Counted from the stretch's first letter, positions 16,944 through 26,600 are shown. The stretch is DNA of 64,000 bases from Thermoanaerobaculia bacterium (GCA_041567315.1 JBFGCA010000003.1:15398-79397), one strand, 5' to 3'. The notes: generated from the sequence alone by a model not told the origin. Numbers and translations are program-made.

Positions 16944-17567
16944 ATGCTGGGGAGCGTCGCCACCCGGGGCCAGGTGCCCTCCGAGGTCCGCGAGCGGATC
17001 CTCGAGCACGCGACCCGGCTGTTCGCGGCCCGCGGCTACGACGGCACCACCCTCCAGCAGATCGCCGACGCGGTCGGCATCCGCAAGCCGTCGCTGCTGT
17101 ATCACTTCCCGTCCAAAGAAGAGCTGCGCCGGAGCGTGCTCGAGCAGGTGCTGGCGCACGGCAACCAGGTGCTGCCCCAGCTGCTGCTTGCCGCCAGCTC
17201 GAGCCACGGGCAGTTCGACGGCGTGCTGGGGGAGATGGTGGCCTTCTTCAGCGCCGACCCCGACCGCGCCCGGCTGCTGCTGCGCGAGATCCTCGACCGG
17301 CCGCGCGAGACCCGCGAGCTGATGGGCCGGCTGGTCCGGCCCTGGATCACCGCCACCTGCGACTACATCCGCAAGGGCCAGGAGCGCGGCCGGCTGTGGC
17401 CTGAGGTCGATCCCGAGGCCTACGTCAACCAGGTGATCAATCTGCTGATCTCGAGCATCGCCACCTACGACTCGCTCGGCACCACCGACCGCGAGCGCAA
17501 CCTGGCCGAGCTGGTGCGGGTGGCCAAGACCAGCCTCTTCCGTCCCGAGCCGACAACCGAGGAGTGA
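16944..17567 (+). CDS. TetR/AcrR-family transcriptional regulator
   Basis: ATG 16944 inside track ORF 16905..17567. The TTG start of that track ORF is the -35 box. HTH ILEHATRLFAARGYDGTTLQQIADAVGIRKPSLLYHF. Confidence 0.85.
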   Translation: MLGSVATRGQVPSEVRERILEHATRLFAARGYDGTTLQQIADAVGIRKPSLLYHFPSKEELRRSVLEQVLAHGNQVLPQLLLAASSSHGQFDGVLGEMVAFFSADPDRARLLLREILDRPRETRELMGRLVRPWITATCDYIRKGQERGRLWPEVDPEAYVNQVINLLISSIATYDSLGTTDRERNLAELVRVAKTSLFRPEPTTEE

Positions 17568-17572
17568 CACCG

Positions 17573-19513
17573 ATGGCTAACTTCTTCACCGACAACGACG
17601 ACCTGCGCTGGTATCTCGAAAAGGGGATCGACTGGCGGCCGATCGTCGAGGCCCGCGAGTTCGGGCTGAAGCTGCCCGACGGCTTCCGCAGCGTCGAGGA
17701 GGCGCGCGAGTTCTATCTCGAGATCGCCACCATGTTCGGCGAGTTCGTGGCCGAGGAGATCGCCCCGGTCGCCGCCGAGATCGACCGCGAGGGGGTGCTG
17801 TTCGCCGACGGCGAGGCCAGCTTCCCGCCGCGGCTCGAGGCCATCTTCCAGAAGATCCGCGAGCTCGACGTGCACGGCATGTCGCTGCCGCGCGAGCTCG
17901 GCGGCGTCAACGCGCCGGTCCTGCTCTACAACGTCCACAACGAGCTGGTGGGCCGCGCCGAGCAGTCGGCGATGACCCACTACTCGTTCCACCTGGGCAT
18001 GTCGCTGGCGATGCTGGCGCTGTCGATCGAGGAGGGCACGACCGAGTTCGACCGCGAGAAGCTGGCCATCACCCGCACCCGTTTCGCCGCGGAGATGGAC
18101 GAGGTGACCCGCGGCGAGGCCTGGTGCTGCATGGACATCACCGAGCCCGAGGCCGGCAGCGACATGGCCGCCCTGCGCACGGTGGGCGAGCAGGATGCCG
18201 ACGGCAACTGGACGTTGAGCGGGCAGAAGATCTTCATCACCACCGGGCACGGCAAATACCACTTCGTCATCGCCCGCACCGAGAAGGCCTCGGGCCCGGA
18301 CGACCCCAAGGCCGGGCTTGGCGGGCTGTCGATGTTCCTGGTCAAGACCTATGACGACCACCCCGACGGCACCCGCACCCGCTACGCCCGCATCGAGCGC
18401 CTCGAGGAGAAGCTCGGGCACCACGCCTCGGTCACCGCCGCGATGGCCTTCGACAAGACCCCGGCCCAGCTGGTGGGCAAGCGCGGCGAGGGCTTCAAGC
18501 ACATGCTGGTGCTGATGAACGGGGCGCGGGTCAGCGTCGGCTTCCAGGCCATCGGCCTGTGCGAGGCGGCCTGGCGGATGGCCCGCGACTACGCCGCCGA
18601 GCGGCGCGCGATGGGCAAGACGATCGACCGCCACGAGATGATCGCCGACTACCTGGACGAGATGCGCACCGACATCCAGGGCCTGCGGGCGCTGGCGATG
18701 TACGCCGCCGTCCACCAGGAGATCGCCGAATGGGACGGGCTGCGGCTGCGGTTCGACCCGCCGGCGGACGAGGTCGAGCGCCGGCGGATGCAGCGGCGGG
18801 TGCGCTACCACCAGAAGCGGCTGCGGCGGGCGACGCCGCTGCTCAAGTACCTGACCGCCGAGCGGGCCGTCCAGATGGCCCGCACCGGCCTGCAGATCCA
18901 CGGCGGCAACGGCTACACCACCGACTACGGCGCCGAGAAGCTGGTCCGCGACTCGGTGGTGCTGCCGATCTACGAGGGCACCAGCCAGATCCAGGCGCTG
19001 ATGGCGACCAAGGACACTCTCAACGGCATCCTCAAGAACCCGCAGGCCTTCCTGCGCCGCCGCGCCCAGGCCCAGTGGCGCGCGGTGTCGGCCACCGACG
19101 CCCTCGAGCGCCGGGTGGCCCGCGTCCAGGGCCTGTGCTACGGCGCCGAGCAGCACATCGTCACCCGCCTGGCCGGCAGCAAGCTGCGCTCGCTCCAGGG
19201 TACGCCGCTGGGCTCGCGGCCAAAGGCGCTGCTCAAGGGCTGGGACCCGCGGCGCGACTTCGGCTTCGCCCTGCTCCACGCCGAGCGGCTCACCAATCTG
19301 CTGGCCGAGTCGGCGATCTGCCGCATCCTCCTCGACCAGGCCCGCGAGCATCCCGAGCGCCGCGAGCTGCTCGAGCGCTACCTGGAGCGCGCCGAGCCCC
19401 GCTGCCGTCTCTTCGCCGACCAGATCCACTCCACCGGCTCGCGGCTGCTGGCCGACCTGGCCGGCCCCGAGGCCGTCGAGGATCGGGATTTGGAAGCGCT
19501 GGCGGCTGGTTAG
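17573..19513 (+). CDS. Acyl-CoA dehydrogenase (long form, ~646 aa)
   Basis: ATG 17573 (MANFFTDN) with GAGGAG 8 nt upstream. ITEPEAGSD, and IHGGNGYTTDYGAEKLVRDSVVLPIYEGTSQIQ. Confidence 0.85.
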   Translation: MANFFTDNDDLRWYLEKGIDWRPIVEAREFGLKLPDGFRSVEEAREFYLEIATMFGEFVAEEIAPVAAEIDREGVLFADGEASFPPRLEAIFQKIRELDVHGMSLPRELGGVNAPVLLYNVHNELVGRAEQSAMTHYSFHLGMSLAMLALSIEEGTTEFDREKLAITRTRFAAEMDEVTRGEAWCCMDITEPEAGSDMAALRTVGEQDADGNWTLSGQKIFITTGHGKYHFVIARTEKASGPDDPKAGLGGLSMFLVKTYDDHPDGTRTRYARIERLEEKLGHHASVTAAMAFDKTPAQLVGKRGEGFKHMLVLMNGARVSVGFQAIGLCEAAWRMARDYAAERRAMGKTIDRHEMIADYLDEMRTDIQGLRALAMYAAVHQEIAEWDGLRLRFDPPADEVERRRMQRRVRYHQKRLRRATPLLKYLTAERAVQMARTGLQIHGGNGYTTDYGAEKLVRDSVVLPIYEGTSQIQALMATKDTLNGILKNPQAFLRRRAQAQWRAVSATDALERRVARVQGLCYGAEQHIVTRLAGSKLRSLQGTPLGSRPKALLKGWDPRRDFGFALLHAERLTNLLAESAICRILLDQAREHPERRELLERYLERAEPRCRLFADQIHSTGSRLLADLAGPEAVEDRDLEALAAG

Positions 19514-19573
19514 CGAGCCCTTCTCGACAACGGCTCCGGGTTGCCGCCTCCGTTCGCGGGTCGGTGGATCCGC

Positions 19574-19737
19574 GAGCTGGGTAGGGTCTCGGCCAAGCCC
19601 TGCTACCTGGCGGGGCCCGGGTTGCTGTGGCCGGTTGCCGGTGATTGGAGCAGGCAGAGCTGAGTAGGGTTCCAGCCAAGGTCCGCTCGGTCGGCCTTGC
19701 TGTGATCGGCTTCCGATTGGCGCAAGGACAGCAGTGG
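19574..19737 (+). repeat. Imperfect tandem duplication, ~83-nt period
   Basis: GAGCTGGGTAGGGTCTCGGCCAAG (19574) against GAGCTGAGTAGGGTTCCAGCCAAG (19657) gives 20/24 matches. Shared downstream blocks TTGCTGTG and ATTGG. Lies in a 309-bp convergent intergenic region. Confidence 0.45.
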
Positions 19738-19822
19738 AGCAGGGCGCGAGTTACGCCGCCCAGCCGCCGGCACGAAAGTCCCGCCGGTAAAGCCCGCGGC
19801 CGGTGCCTCGCAAGGCTGGGTG

Positions 19823-21769
19823 CTATTGCCTTGGGGGTTGCTGGCTGCGCACGTCCGCGTCGCCGATCAGGCTCGGCTGCTCGGGCGCGAGCGCCTGCCC
19901 CGACGCCGGGCCCTTGGAGGAGTCGCTCAGGGCTTCGAGGAAGACGGCGCCGTACCGGTCGAGTTTGGCCGGGCCGACGCCGGGAACGTCGAGCAGCTCG
20001 CCCGGTGAGCCCGGGCGGCGGCGCGCCAGCTCGCGGAGGGTGCGGTCGTTGAAGACCACGTAGGCCGGCACGCCCTGCTCGGCAGCGAGCCGGCGGCGCA
20101 AGCTCCGCAACTCCTCGAACAGCTCCTCCTCAGCGGCCGAGAGGGGTCGTTCTTCCCTTCTGGATGCTCTACCTGGATCGCCTGCCAGGCTGCGACGTTG
20201 GCCAGCCGACCCGCTGGTGCCCGATCGGCCCGCTGTTCTTGGCCTTCCGACGTGCCGGGGCAGCGCCAGGCGCAGGGTCTCCTCGCCGCGGAGCAGCGGG
20301 CCGGCGCGGTCGGTGAGCTTCAGCACCGCGTAGCGGCTGAGGTCCTGTTCCAGGTAGCCGGCATGGACCAGCTGGCGGAGCAGCGCCACCCAGCGCTCGC
20401 GGGGATGGTGGCGGCCGACTCCCCAGGTCGGGAGCTTGTCGTGGCCGTTGGCCTGCAGCCGCTCCTTCGTGGAGCCGACCAGCACGTCGACCACGTACTG
20501 GGCGCCGAAGCGCTGGCCGACCCGGAAGACGCAGGAGAGCGCCATCCGCGCCTCCTCGGTGGCGTCGACGGTCTCGGGCGGGTCCAGACAGACGTCGCAG
20601 TTGCCGCAGGCGGCCGGGGCCTCTTCGCCGAAGTAGTGGAGCAGCGCCTGGCGGCGGCAGGAGGCGCCCTCGGCGTAGGCCATCATCGCCCGCAGCTTGA
20701 AGCGCTCGATTCGTTGCTGCTCGTGATTGCGCCCCCGTTCGATGAGGGCGAAGGCGCGGCCGGCGTCGCCCGGGGCGTAGAGCAGCAGGGCCTCGGCCGG
20801 CAGCCCGTCGCGGCCGGCGCGCCCGGTCTCCTGGTAGTAGGCCTCGACGCTCAGCGGCAGGTCGTGGTGGACCACGTAGCGCACGTCCGGCTTGTCGATC
20901 CCCATGCCGAAGGCGACGGTGGCGACCACCGTCCGCAGGTCGCCAGTCAAGAACCGCTCCTGCACCCGCCGGCGCTCGACGGCGGTGAGCCCGGCGTGGT
21001 AGGCGCCGGCCTGCAGTCCCGCCTCGGCCAGCGCGGCGGCGACCTCTTCGGTGCGCCGCCGGGTCAGGCAGTAGACGATGCCGCTGGCCTCGGGCTGCCC
21101 GGCCGTGAGCTCGAGCAGCTGGTCCACCGGGCGCGACTTGGGGACCACCCGGTAGCGGATGTTGGGCCGGTCGAAGCCGCCGGCCAGGAAGAGCGGCTCG
21201 GCAAGCCCGAGCTGGGCCGCCACGTCCTCGCGGGTGTGGGGGTCGGCGGTGGCGGTGAGGGCGATCCGCGGCACGCCCGGGTAGCGCTGCCCGAGGACGT
21301 CGAGCTGGCGGTACTCGGGCCGGAAGTCGTGGCCCCACTGCGAGACGCAGTGCGCCTCGTCGATGGCGAAGAGCGCCAGCTCGAGACCGTCGAGCCGGGC
21401 CAGGAACTCCGCGCTCACCAGCCGCTCGGGGGCCACGTAGACCAGGTCCAGCTCGCCGGCGTGGAGCCGCGCCAGCACCCGGCGGGCGGCGGCGCCGTCG
21501 AGGCTCGAGTTGTAGGCCGCGGCGGCGACTCCCAGGCCCTCGAGGGCGTCCACCTGGTCCTTCATCAGCGCCACCAGCGGCGACGCCACCACCGCGGTCC
21601 CCCGCATCAGCAGCGCCGGCAGCTGGTAGCAGAGGCTCTTGCCGCCGCCGGTGGGCATCAGCAGGAAGACGTCGCGCCCGGCCAGCAGCGCCTCGATCGC
21701 CTCGCCCTGCAGCGGCCGGAACTCCCGGTGCCCGAAGCGCTTGCGGAGCGTGTCGAGAGCGGAGGACAT
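19823..21769 (-). CDS. recQ: ATP-dependent DNA helicase RecQ
   Basis: Track ORF. FRPLQGEAI, LMPTGGGKSLCYQLPA, DEAHCVSQWGHDFRPEY, zinc-binding CRRQALLHYFGE..CGNCDVC and an HRDC-like C-terminus. Confidence 0.95.
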   Translation of the reverse strand: MSSALDTLRKRFGHREFRPLQGEAIEALLAGRDVFLLMPTGGGKSLCYQLPALLMRGTAVVASPLVALMKDQVDALEGLGVAAAAYNSSLDGAAARRVLARLHAGELDLVYVAPERLVSAEFLARLDGLELALFAIDEAHCVSQWGHDFRPEYRQLDVLGQRYPGVPRIALTATADPHTREDVAAQLGLAEPLFLAGGFDRPNIRYRVVPKSRPVDQLLELTAGQPEASGIVYCLTRRRTEEVAAALAEAGLQAGAYHAGLTAVERRRVQERFLTGDLRTVVATVAFGMGIDKPDVRYVVHHDLPLSVEAYYQETGRAGRDGLPAEALLLYAPGDAGRAFALIERGRNHEQQRIERFKLRAMMAYAEGASCRRQALLHYFGEEAPAACGNCDVCLDPPETVDATEEARMALSCVFRVGQRFGAQYVVDVLVGSTKERLQANGHDKLPTWGVGRHHPRERWVALLRQLVHAGYLEQDLSRYAVLKLTDRAGPLLRGEETLRLALPRHVGRPRTAGRSGTSGSAGQRRSLAGDPGRASRREERPLSAAEEELFEELRSLRRRLAAEQGVPAYVVFNDRTLRELARRRPGSPGELLDVPGVGPAKLDRYGAVFLEALSDSSKGPASGQALAPEQPSLIGDADVRSQQPPRQ

Positions 21770-22052
21770 GATCAGGTCAGACGCCGGCAGATGCCAGCCG
21801 CCGGGAGTCTACCGTTGCCCGACCTCTGTCTCGCTGCGTCGCAACGGGCTCACCGGTTCCATGAGCCAAGACGCGAAGCGGTCATCCGATCTCGCAGGGT
21901 GTCCCGCAGTCGGGCAGCAGGTGGGTGACCCAGAGCGGAGCCAGGTAAGGGGGCCTCGGGTAAGCAGGACCGTCGGCGCAGCGACCGACTCGCCGAGGCA
22001 AAGTGGGTGAAGTAGTCCAGGGTGAGGGGCCGTTGGCGCCTTGGCGCTCCAC

Positions 22053-22058
22053 TACAAT
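22053..22058 (+). promoter_or_regulatory. -10-like box TACAAT, 10 nt upstream of ATG 22069
   Basis: Near-consensus -10 hexamer in GC-rich DNA, immediately upstream of the start codon. No convincing -35. Confidence 0.3.
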
Positions 22059-22068
22059 CTCGGGAGTC

Positions 22069-24339
22069 ATGGCGCGGCGCGACGATTCCCGGCGGCGCAC
22101 CCGCGGCAAGTCCCCGGAGACCGGCGGAGCGGCGAGCGGAGGCGGGCTTCTCGATCTGCCGCTGGGGCCGGGAGCGGTCGAGGACCTCCCGACCCGGCCG
22201 GCGTCGCCGGGCCCGCAAGTCGTCGACCAGGCGCCACCCGCGAGGCCGCCACGGCGGCCGCGGCCAAGACGAAGGCGACGCAAAGCCGGCGGCCGGTTCC
22301 CCGTTCTACCTGTTCTGCTGCTGGTTGCGGTCGCGGTCGGTGCCTACTTGCTCCTGCGGCCCAAGCCGCCGAAGCCGGTCTTCACCCCCGCCGAGGTCGA
22401 GTTCGGCGAGCGCCGCGTGGGCGCCGAAGACGCCACCCAGGCGGTGACCGTCGCCAACGCCGGCGAGCGGTCGCTGACCGTGAGCGGCCTTGCACTCATC
22501 GGCCCGGCGGCCGCCGAGTTCTCGCTGGACGAGGGGACGTGCGCCGGCGCGAGCCTCGATCCCGGGGCCGAGTGCGCGCTGGAGCTGGCGTTCGCGCCGG
22601 CCGGGATCGGCCCCCGCGAGGCCGAGCTCGAGCTGACGACGGCGGAGTTGCGGGCGCCGGTGCGCGCCCCCGTGCTTGGCACCGGGGTGGCGCCGCGGCT
22701 CGCCGTCGAGCCGGCCGAGCTCGTCTTCGCCCCGACCGAGGTGGCGGCCACCAGCCAGCCGGCGCCGGTGACCGTGACCAACTCGGGCACCGCGCCGCTG
22801 CGCATCGAGGGGGTGGGCGTCGAGGGCGGGGCGGCGCGCGACTTCGACCGCCGCGGCGACCGCTGCTCGGCCGCGACCCTGGCCCCCGGCGACCGGTGCA
22901 CGATCGAGCTGGTCTTCTCGCCGCGTGCGGCCGGCGAGCGCCGCGCCGAGCTGGCCTTCCGCAGCGACGCCTTCGGTGAGGCGCCGCAGGTCGTGCTGGA
23001 GGGGGTCGGCGTCTGGTCGGGAGCCGCCTTCGACGTGGCGCCGCTGAGCCTCGATTTCGGCGACCAGCTCCTCGGCAAGGCGAGCGCCAAGCAGACGGTG
23101 CGGGTGACCAACCGGCGTGCCGCCGCGCTCGGCGAGGTGGCGGCGCGGCTGGCCGACCGGCGCCGCGGTTTCGAAGTGACCGCCGACGGTTGCACCGGCA
23201 CCCTGGCGGGCGGTGGCAGCTGCTCGGTCGACGTGGTCTTTACACCGCGGGTCGAGGGCTCGCTGCAGACCGCGCTCCAGATCGTCCACCCGGTGGCCGG
23301 TGAGATCGAGGTGCCGCTCACCGGCCGCGGCGTCCAGCCGCGGCTGGTCCTCGACGTGACCAGCCTCGAGTTCGGCGAGGCGCGGGCCGGCGGCCCGGGC
23401 GGCGGTGAGACCGAGCCCCGGCAGGTGCGGCTCGAGAACCGCGGCAGCGCCGCCGCCACCATCCGCCGGGTGGCGATCGGCGGCCAGGACGACGACGGCT
23501 TCACCACCTCACGCGACCGCTGCCGCGGCCAGGAGCTGGCACCGGGCGGCTCGTGCACCGTCGAGGTCGCCTTCCGGCCGCGCCGCGAGGGCGCCCACCG
23601 CGCCGAGCTGCTGTTGAGCCCCGAGCCGGCCGGCGGCGAGCAGCGGGTACGGCTCACGGGCACCTCGGTCGCTGCCCGGTTGGTGGTGGACCGCGAGAGT
23701 CTCGACTTTGGACAGGTGCGCCGCACCACCGCCGCCGAGCTGCGGCTGGCGCTCGCCAACCGCGGCACCGCGGCGCTCAGGCTCGGACGTCTGGCGCTGC
23801 GAGGCGAGGGGGCGGCCGACTTCGCGCTCGCCGGCGGCTCCTGCCAGCCCGAGGGCGTCCTGGCGCCTGGCGGCGGCTGCGAGATGGTGGTGCGCTTCGC
23901 GCCCACTGCCGAGGGCCGGCGCACCGCCGCCCTGGCCTTCGATCACGACGCCCTGTCGGGCCCGCGCGAGATCCCGCTCGGCGGCAGCGGCCTGCCGCCA
24001 CCGGTGCCGGCGATCCGCGCCGAGCCCGGCCGGCTCGATTTCGGCCCCCAGCCGGTGGGGGATCGCAGCGCCATCCTCACCATCACCCTCTCCAACCCCG
24101 GCACCGGCCGGCTCGAGCTGCGCGACTTCCGCCTCCGTGGCGACCACGCCGGCGACTTCCTGATCGTGCCAGCCACCTGCCAGGCGGCCCCCTACCTGGT
24201 GCCGGGCAGCGACTGCACCCTCGGCCTGCGTTTCCAGCCCGCCGCAGCCGGGCCCCGCCGCGCGACGCTCGAGATCCGCCACAACGCCGGCTCCGGCGAC
24301 ACCTACCTCGAGCTCCGCGGCAGCGGGCTGGGCGGCTAG
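22069..24339 (+). CDS. Membrane-anchored surface protein with ~7 tandem choice-of-anchor-D-like (ASH/PapD-like) beta-sandwich repeats
   Basis: ATG 22069 inside track ORF 22003..24339. Arg-rich N-terminus, then one TM helix (FPVLPVLLLVAVAVGAYLLL). Repeats of ~95 aa follow the pattern L.F....vG......v.v.N.G.a.L.i.......g..a.dF......C....L.pG..C.v.v.F.P...G.r.A.L. Confidence 0.8.
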   Translation: MARRDDSRRRTRGKSPETGGAASGGGLLDLPLGPGAVEDLPTRPASPGPQVVDQAPPARPPRRPRPRRRRRKAGGRFPVLPVLLLVAVAVGAYLLLRPKPPKPVFTPAEVEFGERRVGAEDATQAVTVANAGERSLTVSGLALIGPAAAEFSLDEGTCAGASLDPGAECALELAFAPAGIGPREAELELTTAELRAPVRAPVLGTGVAPRLAVEPAELVFAPTEVAATSQPAPVTVTNSGTAPLRIEGVGVEGGAARDFDRRGDRCSAATLAPGDRCTIELVFSPRAAGERRAELAFRSDAFGEAPQVVLEGVGVWSGAAFDVAPLSLDFGDQLLGKASAKQTVRVTNRRAAALGEVAARLADRRRGFEVTADGCTGTLAGGGSCSVDVVFTPRVEGSLQTALQIVHPVAGEIEVPLTGRGVQPRLVLDVTSLEFGEARAGGPGGGETEPRQVRLENRGSAAATIRRVAIGGQDDDGFTTSRDRCRGQELAPGGSCTVEVAFRPRREGAHRAELLLSPEPAGGEQRVRLTGTSVAARLVVDRESLDFGQVRRTTAAELRLALANRGTAALRLGRLALRGEGAADFALAGGSCQPEGVLAPGGGCEMVVRFAPTAEGRRTAALAFDHDALSGPREIPLGGSGLPPPVPAIRAEPGRLDFGPQPVGDRSAILTITLSNPGTGRLELRDFRLRGDHAGDFLIVPATCQAAPYLVPGSDCTLGLRFQPAAAGPRRATLEIRHNAGSGDTYLELRGSGLGG

Positions 24340-24433
24340 GCGGCGCGTGCCGCCGTTAAGGGGCCGGGCCTTCGCCGTCTCCAGGCGCGGTCGGCCATTC
24401 GTCTGCAGCTTCTCGGTCCGGGTTAGGCTCGAT

Positions 24434-24462
24434 TTTGTCCAGTGACCCGTTACAGGTTACGA
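24434..24462 (+). promoter_or_regulatory. Putative higBA promoter
   Basis: TTGTCC (24434-24439), 17-nt spacer, TACGAT (24457-24462), about 7 nt before the GTG start. Local AT-rich patch. Confidence 0.45.
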
Positions 24463-24469
24463 TCGGTCA

Positions 24470-24748
24470 GTGATCGTCGGGTTCAAGCACCGTGACCTGG
24501 CGCGGTTCTTCCATTCCGGCGATGCGCGGGGGTTGAAGGCGAGTCATGTCCCGAAGGTCCGGCGCATCCTGGCGCGGCTCAATGCGGCGACGTCGACGCG
24601 CGACCTCGATGCTCCGGGTCTAAGGCTGCATCGTCTCAAGGGAGCCCGAAAGGCTGAGTGGGCCGTGGACGTCGATCGGAACTGGCGCATAACCTTCACC
24701 TTCGACGGTCGCAACTGCAGCCAGGTGAACTATGAGGACTATCACTGA
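24470..24748 (+). CDS. higB: HigB-type (RelE/ParE superfamily) toxin
   Basis: Track [27 protein letters not shown] and WRITFTFDG are typical of HigB killer proteins. Toxin-first gene order. See the note on start-region register in noticed_but_rejected. Confidence 0.8.
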   Translation: MIVGFKHRDLARFFHSGDARGLKASHVPKVRRILARLNAATSTRDLDAPGLRLHRLKGARKAEWAVDVDRNWRITFTFDGRNCSQVNYEDYH

Positions 24749-24761
24749 CGAGGAACGGACC

Positions 24762-25049
24762 ATGATGCACGACCCTCCACATCCCGGTGAGATCTTGAGG
24801 GTGGACTACCTGGAGCCGCTAGGGCTGACGGTCACCGAGGCCGCCAGGGCTCTGGGCGTTGCGCGCAAGACATTGTCTGCCGTTCTCAACGAGCGGGCGG
24901 GCGTCAGCCCAGCCATGGCCTACCGGCTGTCCAAGGCGTTCCGCACCAGCCCCGAGTTCTGGGTCAATTTGCAGTCGCAGTACGACCTGTGGCAGGCGAG
25001 AGGGGTCGAGCTTGGAAGGGTCCGGCGTCTGGTGGCGGCCCGCGCCTGA
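24762..25049 (+). CDS. higA: HigA-type antitoxin (XRE HTH)
   Basis: ATG 24762 ([12 protein letters not shown]) inside track ORF 24732..25049, with GAGGAA upstream. [54 protein letters not shown]. Confidence 0.85.
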   Translation: MMHDPPHPGEILRVDYLEPLGLTVTEAARALGVARKTLSAVLNERAGVSPAMAYRLSKAFRTSPEFWVNLQSQYDLWQARGVELGRVRRLVAARA

Positions 25050-25133
25050 GCAGAACGCCGACTGGCAGCAAACGATGCGGTGGCCCGGCACCGCTGACGC
25101 GGGGCATTTTCGTGTTCTTGCAGGAGGGAGCCC

Positions 25134-26519
25134 ATGGACTCGACGGTTTCTCACTACCTGGAAACCCGCCCTCTCGCTCGACGTGCACTTGAAACAGCCG
25201 CCTTGTTGTCCATCGGCCTGTGCTCGGCGGCAACGGCCGGCGGTTTTCCCGCCATCACGCCGCTGGTGGTCGAGGGCGACTCGGTGCCGGGCGTGGGGCT
25301 GGTGACGACGATCGACAATCTGGCGGTCAACGACGCCGGCGACTGGCTGGTGGAGGCCGACACCGACGCCGATCCGGCGGCCGACTCGGTGCTGCTGCGC
25401 GACGGGGCGCTGGGTCTGCGCGAGGGCGACCCGCTGGACGGCCCGGCGGGGATCGAGCTCGGGAGTTTCGACTCGGTGACCCTCAACGACCTGGGGCAGA
25501 GCGGGTTCAATTTCTTTCTCGACGGCGCCGCCGCCGGCGAGGACAGCTCGGTCCACGCCTATCTCGACACCGCGGCGCCGCTGCTCACCGGCACCGTACT
25601 GGTGGTCCAGGAGGGAAGCGAGGCGCCCGACTTGACGCCGGGCACCCCGCTCATCGGCTTCTTCGACGTCAAGATCAACGACCTCGAACAGCTCCTGGTC
25701 ACCGCCAGCGTCGACGACCCGGCGATTCCCACCACCGTCGACCGCGCGCTCTACGTCTGGACCAGCGACAGCGGCAGCGGCGGCATCGTCACCAGCACCC
25801 TGATCGCCGCCGAGGGGGACGTGCTGCCGGGCCAGGCGGCCGGCCTCACCGACTTCGGGACCGGCCCGCACGAGACCGCCCTCAGCGACGCCGGCGACGT
25901 GCTCTTCGCGGTCGACGTCCCTGGCGCCGACGCCATCTACCTCTGGGACGGCGGCTTCAGCGAGGTGGCGCAGGAGGGCGACCCGTCGCCGGTCGGCGGC
26001 CGCTCCTGGTCCAGCCTCACCGGCACCTCGCTGGACCTCAACGCCGCCGGCCAGGAGACCTACCGCGGCACCCTCGACGGCGACCCGGCCACCGCCACCC
26101 TGCTGGTCCGCGACGGCGCCAAGCTGGTCCAGGAGGGCGACACCCTGGGCGCGATCGGCGGCGTCTTCACCCTCACCGGCTTCGGCACCGGCCCGCTCGA
26201 GATCAGCGACGGTGGTGAGGTGCTCTGGTACGGCGACTGGGACGACCCCGACACCGACGTCGACACCGGTCTGTTCCTCGACGACCGCCTGCTGGTCCAG
26301 GAAGGAGTCACCGCCGTCCCCGGCCTCGGCGTCGTCGACACCCTCCGCGGCGTCACCGACGGCTACCACATGTCGAACGACGGCCGCTACGTGATCTTCG
26401 AAGCCGTCCTCGCCGGCGGCCTCGAAGGCGCCTTCCTCCTCGACCGCGGCCCCGCCCTCATCTTCACCGACGGCTTCGAATCCGGCGACACCACGGCCTG
26501 GTCGGGCGCGGTGCCGTGA
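25134..26519 (+). CDS. Secreted repeat protein (NxxGxxAF-like tandem repeats) with FESGD-type C-terminal tail
   Basis: Track ORF with AGGAGGGA upstream. Hydrophobic leader ALETAALLSIGLCSAATAGG. Recurring VNDAGDWLV, LNDLGQSGFNF, LSDAGDVLFAV, ISDGGEVLWYG and SNDGRYVIFEA. Ends IFTDGFESGDTTAWSGAVP-stop. Confidence 0.8.
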   Translation: MDSTVSHYLETRPLARRALETAALLSIGLCSAATAGGFPAITPLVVEGDSVPGVGLVTTIDNLAVNDAGDWLVEADTDADPAADSVLLRDGALGLREGDPLDGPAGIELGSFDSVTLNDLGQSGFNFFLDGAAAGEDSSVHAYLDTAAPLLTGTVLVVQEGSEAPDLTPGTPLIGFFDVKINDLEQLLVTASVDDPAIPTTVDRALYVWTSDSGSGGIVTSTLIAAEGDVLPGQAAGLTDFGTGPHETALSDAGDVLFAVDVPGADAIYLWDGGFSEVAQEGDPSPVGGRSWSSLTGTSLDLNAAGQETYRGTLDGDPATATLLVRDGAKLVQEGDTLGAIGGVFTLTGFGTGPLEISDGGEVLWYGDWDDPDTDVDTGLFLDDRLLVQEGVTAVPGLGVVDTLRGVTDGYHMSNDGRYVIFEAVLAGGLEGAFLLDRGPALIFTDGFESGDTTAWSGAVP

Positions 26520-26584
26520 AGCTGATGTTCGAAAAAGCGCCTCGTCGCTGACGGGAGGCCTCTGGAGGAGCCCTGGTCTAGCCT

Positions 26585-26590
26585 TATAAT
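26585..26590 (+). promoter_or_regulatory. Perfect -10 box TATAAT, 10 nt upstream of ATG 26601
   Basis: Consensus hexamer in GC-rich DNA just upstream of the antitoxin start. Weak or no -35. Confidence 0.45.
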
Positions 26591-26600
26591 CACGGTTGAG

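Noticed and set aside
24339-24354. Small hairpin GGCGGC-GCGT-GCCGCC right at the stop of the choice-of-anchor-D-like gene, considered as a terminator.
   Set aside because: Only a 6-bp stem and no U-tract. Stems like this are common by chance at this GC content.
24469-24481. By my count the printed sequence reads GTGATCGTCGGGG-TTC here (four G). That would put a GTG at 24469 out of register with the rest of higB, whereas the ORF track gives an intact MIVGFKH... starting at 24470.
   Set aside because: I cannot reconcile the one-base discrepancy by eye and may be miscounting. I followed the ORF track and called higB intact. Read-level or computational translation would settle it.
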